DNA from: Octopus vulgaris
Taxonomy: Eukaryota
Length of the DNA: 64,000 bases
Direction of reading: 5' to 3'
Assembly (NCBI GenBank): GCA_951406725.2
Contig: OX597841.1
Coordinates: 434,001-498,000, forward strand
A program made the position numbers and the translations under genes. Positions 1 through 25,495 of the stretch are shown in pieces. Below the pieces are notes generated by a model. The model searched no databases and was not told the origin of the DNA. It saw nothing but the letters and a program-made list of their open reading frames with translations. Each line of letters begins with the position of its first letter. Position 1 is the stretch's first letter.

Positions 1-185
1 GACCTGCATTAGTGGAAATCCGAAGGAGCAATATCTGGTGAATATAGAGGGAGGGTAACACATCCCAGCCGAGCTGCAGCAATTTTTGTCTGGTTCTCAA
101 AGAAACGTGCAGTTTTGCATTATCATGCTGGAAAACAACACCCTTCCTGTTGGTCAATTCTAGACGTTTCTCATGAATTTCTGCT
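1..185 (-). mobile_element. Mariner (DD34D) transposase fragment, decayed
   Basis: Minus strand translates ..EKRLELTNRKGVVFQHDNAKLHVSLRTRQKLLQLGWDVL/PLYSPDIAPSDFH: HDNA and YSPD(L/I)APSD mariner motifs, with a frameshift. Confidence 0.85.
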
Positions 186-1431
186 TGAAACAAAATGTGA
201 ATTGTCCACGTGAGACTGCATGTTCATCTATTATACCATCAAATATGGCAGTATGTATCATCCAGAGGGAGACCTCTACATGGCAGCTAGACCTTATAAA
301 ATAGACTTCATATAAACAGCACAAATTCGCGTCCTCTTCACAATGCACGCATAGTAAACTTAACACGCACACACACACACACAAACACACGTACTTAAAT
401 ACACATACACAAACACAGACGTTCACACAACTTCATCTTAATCCTTACACATTCTAATCATTACACACAGTCGTTGACATGAAATACCACGCGATATAGA
501 AAAAAACCCACTTTCACTGAGGTTGAAGGCAGCCCCTACAACGAAGTTCGTTATGTGAACGGTTGATATCAGGACAGTTCATTAAGGTCACAATTTTCTT
601 CTGATCATATTTATATGGATTCTTTATTTACAGGCAAAACGTGACTTGTGTGGATCACCAGTGGTGGTCAGCTGGATTGGATGGACGTTAACAACAGTCT
701 TCTATCAATATTTTCCTTATCGGATTCAGGAATCTTCATAAATGACTGCTCTCGGTCCGACGTCCCCTAATCAGTATTACTCGCAGTCAGGTGTGTCAGA
801 AATGACCAAAGAGCAGAGCCTGTGCATTTATACCATCCTCTAAGATCAAACTTGCTTACTAATATGCTAGTGTTTCTCCCCGGAAGTAAAAGAAAATACA
901 CGAAGCTTTTGAATACGACTTCTTATATTTCTATGAAGAAGAAGACTCCTTGAGTAGAGTCAAGCGTTTCACCAAACGTAGAGAGATTATGCAAGTGTAG
1001 TTATAGAAGTCGGTCCAATGTTGATAATGCTGTTGCTGTTGTATTTCTGATGCTGACATTCTAGTAATAGTTGCTGGTGATGGTGCTTGTGTAGGGGATA
1101 CAATGGCTGAACTGGTGACCTCGCCAGGCCAACGATTTCCAATGGAGAAATGCAATCAAATCCGTCACGCTGATAAGGCGATCAGGACACGTTCATATAT
1201 CTGCATCAAACACAGTTTCAATCACTCATTGTTGACTTTAAAAGATATCAATATTCCTTGACAGATAAACACGCAAGTGATTTTTGCTTCACTGAATCTT
1301 AATTACAAAGGTAACAATTGCAGATTCACACTCATACGCGCACACTCGCACACACACACATCTCATGGCCCCTGAACTGGGATTAAAATCTATAGATTCG
1401 TTAACGCAAGTTCTAAACTACAAAGAAAGCT

Positions 1432-1434
<3 letters not shown>

Positions 1435-1517
<83 letters not shown>

Positions 1518-2230
1518 TGTATGTATGTATGTATGTATGTGTGTATGTATGTATGTGTGTATGTGTGTGTGTATGTATGTGTATGTATGTATGTATGTAT
1601 GTATGTATGTGTGTGTGTATGTATGTGTGTATGTGTGTATGTATGTATATATATATATGTATGTGTGTATGTACGTATGTATGTATGTGTATGTATGTAT
1701 GTGCATGTATGTATGTATGTATGTATGTGTGTATGTATGTGTGTGCATGTATGTATGTATGTATGTATATATATATGTATGTACGTATGTGTGTATGTAT
1801 GTATGTATGTATGTATGTATGTGTGTGTATGTATGTATGTATGTATGTGTGTATGTATGTATGTATATATGTATGTATGTATGTATATATGTATGTATGT
1901 ATGTATGTATGTGTGTGTGTATGTATGTATGTATGTATGTATGTATGTGTGTATGTATGTATGTATGTGTGTATATATGTATGCATGTATGTATGTGTGT
2001 GTGTATGTATGTGTGTATGTATGTGTATGTATGTATGTATGTATGTGTGTATGTATGTGTGTGTGTATGTATGTATGTATGTATGTGTGTATGTATGTAT
2101 GTATATATATGTATGTGTGTATATATATATATATATGTATGTGTATGTATGTATGTATGTACTTATGTATGTATGTATGTATGTATGTATATATGTATGT
2201 ATGTGTGTATATGTATATGTATGTATGTAT
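1435..2230. repeat. Compound (TA)n/(TATG)n/(TG)n microsatellite, ~800 bp
   Basis: Directly visible; explains the spurious long YVCM/HTYI ORFs. Confidence 0.97.
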
Positions 2231-2399
2231 AGGTACAATTGATGTAAACTCAAAATATGAATATGTAGATTTTTTATTAATATATTAATAAAATATATTA
2301 ATATATTATTAATTTGAGGTGACTCAGGGGTGACTACGCCGTAGTTCGTTATGTGAACGGTTGATATCAGAACTACTCATTAACGTCACGTTTTCCGCT

Positions 2400-2867
2400 G
2401 AGGAGACCAGGCTTCGAGTGATGGTCGAGGGCAGGAAGCCCAGATGATACCAATGTGGTCAAAAGGGTCACATAAGAGCACAGTGGGCGCATCCTTCCGA
2501 GGAAGCTTTGGCTCTCCTACCTCCTGGAAAAGATGCTGCATCTTCAACGACAGCCGAGGCAACCTCTGAAGCAGAGACATCAGAAGTGGAAGCAGAGACA
2601 CCAGGTGTGGAGGCCAGAAGGAAAGACATTTCAGACAACACACCTGAAATGGAATGGACTACCCCACCAGCCCCAGCACATGTCAAAACAAACCCTGACA
2701 CACAAACACACACACGCATCCTCCTTCTTTCCCCCACCAAATCAGACAACAGTATTATGGCTGTGAATACCAATAATAATAAACTTATGTACAAAGTAAG
2801 TAAAATTCCCACAGCGGAATCAGACAAAAATAATTACAAAAGCAACACAAAACAATTACAAAAATAA
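2400..2867 (+). mobile_element. Decayed retroelement ORF1/gag-like fragment with degenerate CCHC zinc knuckle
   Basis: Frame reads EETRLRVMVEGRKPR*YQCGQKGHIRAQW, then runs into ORF 2508..2867; resembles VMLEGRLPKCHRCLESGHMKKNC of the element at 31359. Confidence 0.6.
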
Positions 2868-3770
2868 CACTGGAAATGTTAAAGTATTCTACCAGGCTAT
2901 GACTTGGAGTTACACGAGCATAATGTTATATATGTACTTTTGTTTGCATGTGTGTATATATGTATGTTTATCTGTGTGTTTGTATGATTTAGTTAATTAA
3001 GAATAGTATATTGCCATTTTTAGTTTCGTGCAGTAAAATAAATGCTTTACAATACTGGCGTGATCGTATATGCATTGGATCTGTTCAGTTTGACTCACAG
3101 ATTTCTTTCATTAATATTTTTTAATTAAGCAGCTCGAAACTTTGTATACTGGTGTAATGTCTCATGCAGAACACGGTTTACTTGGAACAATTTTAACAAA
3201 ATTTGGTATTTTAGAAGTGATTTCGTGTTAAAGTTGTCGTATTTGGTAATTTCAACTAATCAACGACGTGTATTCAGTTGAAGAAAGCTACTGCGGTTTG
3301 CCATATTAATCAAAGAGGAACAGCTCCGGGTCATCTCTACTGAATGCCACCACTCTGTTCTATTTGTATGTCGAGCGAAGACAATGCCACCTATATTCTT
3401 TCTTCCTTTCTAGTCAGTACCGTACATTCCCTACTCTTTCCCTCCCTTCTACACTATCAAATAGCAATCAGCGAGCGAACATGTCACTACCACTAAAGTT
3501 CCCGTATTTTCCAGTGTATAAACCGCTATTTGTTTCATGTTTTTGATAATGTTTTTTGAAATCTAATAAAGACTTTTATATTGACGAAATATGGTTGTTG
3601 TTGATTATTGTAAGAAAAAATCATAACAATAACAATACATCTCATAGTTGTAAAATAAGGCATTTTGAAACTACACACATGGCAACAACAAAAAAAGATA
3701 GCTGAGGACTTGTAGCTCAATAGGTCTTTTAAACACCGATATCGGGCAAACGAATAAATATATATATATA

Positions 3771-4287
3771 CTAGCAGTATCGGCCGGCGTTGCTCGGGTT
3801 TGTAAGGGAAATAACTATATAAGCATTTTTAGAGAGTTACTTCCCTTATAGATGCCAATTTGGGCTTTCTTAGCCATTTCTGTTTTGGTGTCTTGAAGCC
3901 ATGAAGTCGTTGTTCTAAAAGAACGCTGGTCTCCTTGACAACGCTTTACGACGTTGATTTCCTTACACTCCCTTCCCCACAGCTTCACAAGGGAGGGAAG
4001 AAGGGGGAGAAGCAAACACAGGTGCAGGTGTTTGAGCGTGGACGCCAACTCCGCCGCCATCGACACACGAAAAATTATGCATTAAAATGGAATAAAAAAT
4101 GATGTTAAATTATTTTTAAAATCGTAGACTCATCGTAGACGCGCGCTAATACTCAGACGGGCTCGATATGAATCACGACTATAAGATACCTGAATTTGGT
4201 TAAACTGCACCGCAAAATGTGGGAGTAGTTAGAAATCTAAATCGAAGGGGACAGACACTCACACAACTACAGTTTTATATATATAGA
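3771..4287 (-). mobile_element. Non-autonomous Helitron-like element
   Basis: On minus strand begins TC(TATATATAAAA) and ends in a GC-rich hairpin-like segment then CTAG; inserted between A and T, no TSD. Confidence 0.7.
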
Positions 4288-4463
4288 TATAAATAATATT
4301 TCTTCCTTCTTGTTGTTGATTGTTCGATGTTTACTGGTTACTCTGACGCGGGTAAAAATAAAATTGAACAGAGTGGTGACATTGGGTAGAGAGGACTCGG
4401 AAGTTGTTCCTTTTCGATAGGAAACGGCAGTAGCTTTCTTCGAGTGAATATACGTCGTTGATT

Positions 4464-4685
4464 ACTCTTTTACTCTTTTACTCTTTTATTAGTTTCAGAC
4501 CATTTAACTGCGGCCATGCTGAAGCACCGCCTTTAATCGAGCAAACTCGACCCCGGGACTTATTCTTTTGTAAGCCCAGTATTTATTCTATCGGTCTCTT
4601 TTGCCGAACCGCTAAGCAACGGGGACACAAACAAGGTTGTCAAGCAATACTAGGGGGACAAACACAGACACACAAACACACACAC

Positions 4686-4749
<64 letters not shown>

Positions 4750-4911
4750 GACGGTCTCCTTTCAGTTTCCGTCTACCAAATCCACTCGCAAGGCTTTGGT
4801 CGGCCCGAGGCTATAGTAGAAAACACTTGCCCAAGGTGCCACGCAGTGGGCCTGAACCCAGAACCATGTGGTTGGTAAACAAGCTACTTACCACACAGAT
4901 ACTCCTGCGCC
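4464..4911 (-). mobile_element. tRNA-derived SINE, family A (abundant octopus-type SINE with internal TA/CA tract)
   Basis: Head ggcgcaggagt..tggtaag..ggttcag..cccactgcgtggcaccttgggcaagtg and (gagtaaaa)n tail; repeated many times in the window. Confidence 0.85.
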
Positions 4912-5220
4912 TATTAGTAGAAATTATCCCAAAACGACAACTTTAACACGAAATAACTTCTAAAATACGAAATTTTGTCAAAAGTATTCCAAGTAATACC
5001 TGTTCTGCATGAGACATTCCACCATTATACGAAGTTTCAAACAATTTAGTTAAAAATATATATATTTATAAAAAGAGTCTCATAGACGCATATAGTTTGG
5101 TCAGAGGTCAACTGAAATAACAAAACACCTCCATCTCTCTCTCTCTCTCTCTCTCTGAAAACAGAGAAAGAGAATCACAACTCAATAGACCGATGTTGGA
5201 TAGAATATTTGCATGGATTC

Positions 5221-5226
5221 TTTATT
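5221..5226 (-). terminator. AATAAA polyadenylation signal of gene copy 1
   Basis: ~100 bp after the stop codon; conserved in copy 2 (29780-29785) and copy 3 (50169-50174). Confidence 0.6.
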
Positions 5227-5325
5227 AACAGGTAAAACGTGACTTGTGCGGATCACCAGTGGTGGTCAGCTGGATTGGATGGACGTTAACAACATCAATA
5301 GTATCAATGGATATCATGTGCTGGG

Positions 5326-19222
<13,897 letters not shown>

Positions 19223-19913
19223 TGCAGCTGGACAAGTAAACGGGAACTGGGACATTCTTGGCTCTAACATCAATGGGAAATGTTTAAGAGTAAGGCGGAG
19301 TAATCCTGAAAGAGAAGAGGAAGATAATTTGAGAAGATGGAAAATGTTTGCGTGTAAGAGGCAAAATGTTTGTAAAAGAAAACGCTAAATGAATAAATTA
19401 CAACTTAGAAGAGAAAAAATAAAATAAATTAAGGTGATTCCTAAAGGCATAGGTCCTGGGTATGATTTTAAACTGCATCCAGCAATGATCCCTGGTTGGG
19501 GATTTCTAGTGTTTTGACGAATTTTGGAACCAGCTCTTAGCCACCGATGTCCCAAGATCTAGTCTGACCCGTAGTAGTAGTGGTTATCAAGGTTCTAATT
19601 ATGGATTAATTAGTAATTCCTTCGATCGCATGGAGCTCATCATCCAGGTGGTAGAGAAACAACCCTTCTAGAAGATGGAAAACCCTGATTCCAAACCCCC
19701 GATAACTTGCAACAATATTCAATCATGGGAAAGTGTTCGGGTGAAAATACTCGGGTAAAATTGGGAATCAGAGACCAAGGGGCAGTTCGATGCTGTCTTC
19801 AACCTCACCCCTGCAAATCCTGTGTCGATGCTGTTAACAAATTGTAAGGTTCCTTTCCTTCTTTTAGACCTGTTAATGAGATTGAGATGATGGACTCACT
19901 ATATGGGCAACAA

Positions 19914-20332
19914 CTTATTTCTTTATTACCCACAAGGGGCTAAACACAGGGAGGACAAACAAGAACAGACAAACGGATTAAGTCGATTATATCGATCACA
20001 GTGCGTAACTGGTACGTATTTAATCGACCCCGAAAGGATGAAAGGCTAAGTCGACCTCGGCGGAATTTGAACTCAGAACGTAGCGGCAGACGAAATACCT
20101 TATTTCTTTACTACTCACAAGGGGCTAAACACAGGGAGGACAAACAAGAACAGACAAGCGGATTAAGTCGATTATATCGATCCCAGTGCGTAACTGGTAC
20201 TTATTTAATCGACCCCGAAAGGATGAAAGGCTAAGTCGACCTCGGCGGAATTTGAACTCAGAACGTAACGGCTGACGAAATACGGCTACGCATTTCGCCC
20301 GGCGTGCTAACGATTCTGCCAGCTCGACGCCC
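19914..20332 (-). mobile_element. SINE family B, partial tandem dimer (single at ~41657-41894; dimer at ~62011-62429)
   Basis: Same sequence as 14213-14447; flanked by atgggcaacaac direct repeat. Confidence 0.8.
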
Positions 20333-20605
20333 TACATGGGCAACAACCTGTCCTCCGTACCACACGGCTCTGATTGGGGTCATATCGAATACATTATACT
20401 AGAAATATAGAACCGGATATCACACCGGTGAAGAAGAACATAACAATTCAAACAACACAGACTGAACATGCAGATACGTGGCAGAGACTGCCATTTGCAC
20501 AGAGTACTGTTCAGAGACAGACAACGATGGTCTGATAGGGCAGGAAGTTACGGGCTTCATACATGGTCATTAATTAGGAACTGAGATGCAGGCTCAGCCT
20601 TTCGG

Positions 20606-20684
<79 letters not shown>

Positions 20685-20685
20685 A

Positions 20686-20734
<49 letters not shown>

Positions 20735-20774
20735 GCACATGCTTCTAGTGAGTTAGGATCTCAGAACAACAGGG

Positions 20775-20848
20775 CTCTTACCGATGAATTCTCCCTGAGC
20801 AAATAAATTATCTTTATTGCTCAAAAGAACGAAACTGCAGTCTAAGAG
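20775..20848 (+). ncRNA. Type I hammerhead ribozyme motif
   Basis: ctctta CCGATGA attct..agaac GAAA c tgca g TC taagag; predicted cleavage after 20842. Confidence 0.72.
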
Positions 20849-21172
20849 GAACCGAGCTAGTAAATGTTTTTATTTTCATTTCACTAAATTTATCTAGCTT
20901 CTATGTTTCTAGCACATATTTCGCCTTAATATACTGATATATGAATAATATATGGCTTGTGCTAGAAATACCAGCGATAATAATTAATTTTATTTTATCG
21001 CAATTTGACTTGTTTACATATTTCTCGAAAAAATTTTGAGCGTTAGACAATATACCAGAAATCCCTAGTTTTGTCGGGACGTTCTGAGTCTGCGCAGTGA
21101 TCTGATTGGTTAGAGAGAGAAAATCATTAGAAGCACATGCTTCTAGTGAGTTAGGATCTCAGAACAACAGGG

Positions 21173-21246
21173 CTCTTACCGATGAATTCTCCCTGAGCAA
21201 ATAAATTATCTTTATTGCTGAAAAGAACGAAACTGCAGTCTAAGAG
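21173..21246 (+). ncRNA. Type I hammerhead ribozyme motif (second tandem copy)
   Basis: Same core 398 nt downstream; predicted cleavage after 21240. Confidence 0.72.
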
Positions 21247-21411
21247 GAACCGAGTTAGTAAATGTTTTTATTTTCATTTCACTAAATTTATCTAGCTTCT
21301 GTGTTTCTAGCACATATTTCGCCTTAATGTACTGATATATGAATAATATATGGCTTGTGCTAGAAATACCAGCGATAATAATTAATTTTATTTTATCGCA
21401 ATTTGACTTGT

Positions 21412-21469
<58 letters not shown>

Positions 21470-21558
21470 CAATTTAGGGTAGCAAAAAATTCAATAGAAA
21501 TTATTTTGCCACCAGCGGTCTAGTGAGAAAGAGGAAATAGTCAGAGACTATGAATAAA

Positions 21559-21637
21559 TTCAACAACAATTGAGGAACGGCTACAATAGGCCGTTCGACC
21601 CAAGAGGTCTATTGTAGCCGTTCCTCAATTGTGGTTG

Positions 21638-21639
<2 letters not shown>
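21559..21639. repeat. Near-perfect ~33-bp-stem inverted repeat (also ~42328-42408 and ~62808-62888)
   Basis: ttcaacaacaattgaggaacggctacaatagg..tctattgtagccgttcctcaattgtggttgaa. Confidence 0.85.
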
Positions 21640-21692
<53 letters not shown>

Positions 21693-21913
21693 CTATGTAT
21701 ATATATATATTTATATATATATATATATATATTTATATGTATATATATATATATGTTTATATATATATGTATGTATGTATATATGTTTCGTATGCATGTA
21801 TACACGTACGCATGTGCGCGCGCACGAACACACATTCAGACTTACATGAGAAGTTATAACTCCGTCAATCTCTATCCATCTCCCCCTCTCTCTCTCTCTC
21901 TCTTTCTCTTCCG

Positions 21914-21983
<70 letters not shown>

Positions 21984-22669
21984 TTACATATATACACTCA
22001 ATTTTCTAGTGTGTGTATTGTGTGTGGATATGACTTGAAACTTCACCTGTTGGAGGGAGACCAGATACAAAGTTTCCGGAGCTTTGATGAAATTCCAATC
22101 AACTTTCGGTGACTATTGATCCCATATCTACTGTAACTCGTAAAAGTAGCACGTGTTACGGTCCCAATTATAGGTTAATTTCATCTTAGCAACAGGGGGG
22201 CGAAGGACACCCTAGTTCCAGTAGCAACTTCCTTCTAGGTTAATGTAAAATCATATAGAAAAAAAGAACTCTCAAGTTCTCTCTGTGTCTAGTTGTCTCC
22301 ATCTCTGTTGTGCCACTGGTGTTATAGCTAAGGGTTCAATGCTGTGCCATACTTTAAACACCCAGAACAAATCAATGCACAGGGATTTCTGTCTTTTTCG
22401 GAACGTTTTCACACCATACGGAGATCAAGAAATGATCTTACTCGGTCTCCAATTGACTTCCAAAACGCATATATATACAGTATACTATAATATCTCTATC
22501 ACTTTATCCGATCCACGCAGTATAGATACATAAATAAACATGATAACACAGAAGCAATATCAATCTACTGATCTAGCCACAGTCGCATAACTGGGATCTA
22601 AACCGTCTTCAAAGCAGAGCAGCAGCATTGAGTTTCCAACATAGCGGAACATAACGAAACAGAACTTAC

Positions 22670-22919
22670 CTTTGTTACTGATTACACTAACAACTGTGTT
22701 TGAAAACGTTAACCACTGTCCACTGTTGTCGGTACTATCAACTGATGCCACTGAACTAACAAGAAAAGTCCCCAAATGTTTGAATTGTTCAATAATGATT
22801 TCAACTATTACTTAATCTTCACAGATGTCTCCACCGTCCACTACAGTCGTTACTGCTCTCTTGCTTCGAGTCTAATGCGGAAGACGTCTCCGTCGAAGTG
22901 AAACTACATTCGATTTATA
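22670..22919 (-). promoter_or_regulatory. Candidate non-coding first exon (donor AAG/gtaagt at 22670) and upstream TATAAAT (22913-22919)
   Basis: Coding exon 1 has a splice acceptor, so an upstream exon is needed; consensus donor conserved at 43452 and 63924. Confidence 0.4.
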
Positions 22920-24228
22920 ACAAGCCAATGTTTACAGAATGACTTCTCTGAACAGACTTGAAACACATTTCTTTTGTCATCGGAATCTTTAGAACGCGTA
23001 GGTGTTGTTATTTTGTTGTTGTTGTTGGTGGCCTTGGTGATGGTCGTTGGTTGTAGTAGTAGTTGCAGTAGAGTTAGTAGTAGTGATTGTTGCTTTCAGG
23101 TGGAGCTTTTAATTGGGCGTTGATAGGGATGTTGCATTGTGTTGGTGATGATGATTGTGGTAATGTTTTAAGGATATCATTACAGCAGTGTTGATATTTA
23201 TGGTGTTAATTTTGCAAAAATGGTATGGGTGGTGGTAAGTGGTTATTGGTGATGCGATGTTGTAGAATGGAAGATGTAGTGCTGGTGATAGTGGTGGTGG
23301 TAGTTCTGTCAATGTTACACTTATTGTTGTGGTTGTGGTCATGGTAGTGGTTGTGGTGGTGAAAGATATTAATGATGATATCGAAGTTGAGTTTGTATTT
23401 GTGCCATATTTTAGCTGTATAGGTGGTGGTTGGTAGTGATGGTAGCGTAGTTACTCGTTTAGCAAAATCGAGAGGAGAAGGGCAAATCTTGTGCCTCCAA
23501 CTCTTAAAACCCTAGCTGTAGCTGCTAGAAACACATACAACACTTCATGAAATTAGCCAGTGTTTGCCTTCAAGATATATGGCAGGACATCGAATATCTA
23601 TCAAGGGAAGGGAACTCAGCGAGGTCAGAGTGTAGAGTGACAGAAAGCCCCTGTCCTCTAAAGTGTCGTCTATCGCCCACAGCGAGTAGAATTTTTTAAA
23701 TCAAAATTTATACCCCAAATTGTAGGTCGACTTATACACCAAGACGACTTTGGAAACAAAAGAAATTTCTATGTGAAATGCTGTAAGATTTCGAAAGATA
23801 GAGACGATGATTAAATGCTTACACTACATGCTTATGCCATTCACTGTGTCGGATTCTATGCTGTAAAATACGTTACTGCTTTGCTTTTTTCTTTCTCTTT
23901 GTGTTAAATGTTGCTTCGAGTGTATCTGCAACGGACATCGTAGATTACGATTCTTCAAATTATATCCTCCTTCACAAACACGTAATTATCTCTCATTATG
24001 TTCCCCCCCTCTTCTCCTCCATTGTCCAATCCCCTTTCACATGTTCATCTTCTCAGTACCCTCTCACCTCCACCAGTCCACTTTACCACTCCACTTACAT
24101 TCACCTTCCGATAGCCCGCGGGTGTTCCCAGCAAAATTTCAACATCTTTTCGTTCTCTGTCTGTCTTTTTGTCTCTCCCTCTTTCTCATTCTCTCATTAT
24201 CTCTCTCTCTGTCAATCATTCTCTCTCT

Positions 24229-24304
<76 letters not shown>

Positions 24305-24500
24305 TGAGTGTATTTTTACCTTGTTAACAATTAACACTGAAAAAATAAATAAATAGTTACCAGGGTAGCAAAAATCTCACAAGTAAAGATGTTGTAACTC
24401 CTTGTTTATAAAGGTAGAAACTTCGTGTTTACGTGGAATATTTTGAATAATATATGAATAAATAAATGGAGTTTAACGCAGGTGTAAATCAAATATTTTT

Positions 24501-24586
24501 ACTTTCAACACGTGTTTCGAAAATTACACTGATACTATTCAAAAGAATAAATGGTATAAACAATGCAATCTTCTCTTCAGGAAAGT
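24501..24586 (-). ncRNA. Type I hammerhead ribozyme motif inside a ~480-bp (TA)n-flanked element (~24301-24780)
   Basis: Minus strand: actttc CTGAAGA gaagattgcat..gtgtaattttc GAAA c acgt g TT gaaagt. Confidence 0.68.
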
Positions 24587-25239
24587 GAAAAAAACGAAAC
24601 TCGTCAATAAGACATTTCAGCAAAAAAATGATGGGTTTGTATAGCGATTGACAGAACGCTATTAATATTGTTTAAAAAAACGTTATATGATATAACGTCA
24701 TAGGTAGCTAACAGAAAGAGTAGGGATATTAATAGTGAATGTTAAATATAAATGTTTATACCATTTATACACATATATATATATAAACGATAAGAAATGG
24801 TGCAATAGCTGTTAGCGGTACATCATGTGTGTTTTAAAATCATTTAATAACGATGAGAATCTGTTACAGCTGTTTCAATGTATCAAGCTGGGGTAAATGT
24901 ACAGTTATCTCGTTGCAATTGACAGACATTATCAGAACGATTATATGGCAAAGATAAATAGAAGGCAGTAGGAAGAAGATATAAGGAAAGGAAAGGAAAA
25001 CTGATATATGGAATTATGGACCTCACTGAAATTGAAGACTATTGAATCAACTAACATTTTACATCTTTTTTTCCTTGATCTACTTCTAACTGTTATTATT
25101 GTTCCCTTTGTTATCGTTTTTATATATATATATATATTAACCATGGTTTTACCTTTTAAATTACCTACTACCGTATACCTTATAACAAGGGTCATACATA
25201 CTGAGGTATTACCAGGAGCGCCTTTGGATACATCTATCC

Positions 25240-25495
25240 TCTCTTTTACTGGTTTCAGTCATTTGACTGCGGCCATGCTGAAGTACCGACTTTAGTCGAG
25301 CAAATCGACCCCGGGACTTATACTTTGAAAGTGACGGGGACATAAACACACCAGCATCGGTTGTCAAACAATGCTAGGGGGACAAACACAGAGGCTATAG
25401 CAAAAGACACTTGCCCAAGATGCCACGCAGTGGGACTGAACCCAGCACCATGTGGTTTGTTAGCAAGCTACTTACCACACAGCCACTCCTGCGCC
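25240..25495 (-). mobile_element. SINE family A, internally deleted (copy at ~45637-45892)
   Basis: Family A head and tail. Confidence 0.75.

Larger units (their letters stand above)
3100..5075. mobile_element. Old DNA transposon/foldback element with long inverted repeats; later invaded by a Helitron and a SINE
   Basis: ~3100-3330 (..catgcagaac..tttcgtgttaaagttgtcgt..caacgacgt..gaaagctactgc) is the reverse complement of ~4390-4460 plus ~4912-5075. Confidence 0.65.
20729..21415 (+). mobile_element. Retrozyme/Penelope-pLTR-like tandem repeat (398-bp period) with two hammerhead motifs
   Basis: 20729-21020 repeats at 21127-21415; inserted in (TA)n; absent at the homologous sites of copies 2 and 3. 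Confidence 0.72.

Noticed and set aside
931-1200. Minus-strand 74-aa ORF with a nearby cag acceptor at ~1201
   Set aside because: All three frames from the acceptor hit early stops; no recognisable motif
1365-2288. Long ORFs of 247-307 aa (YVCM / HTYI repeats)
   Set aside because: Translation of TA/TATG microsatellite; the same applies to all poly-I/L/Y/N and IY ORFs in the track
22145-22195. Possible minus-strand hammerhead (aagatga..cgtaac acgt gct)
   Set aside because: Too many core mismatches and no convincing stems
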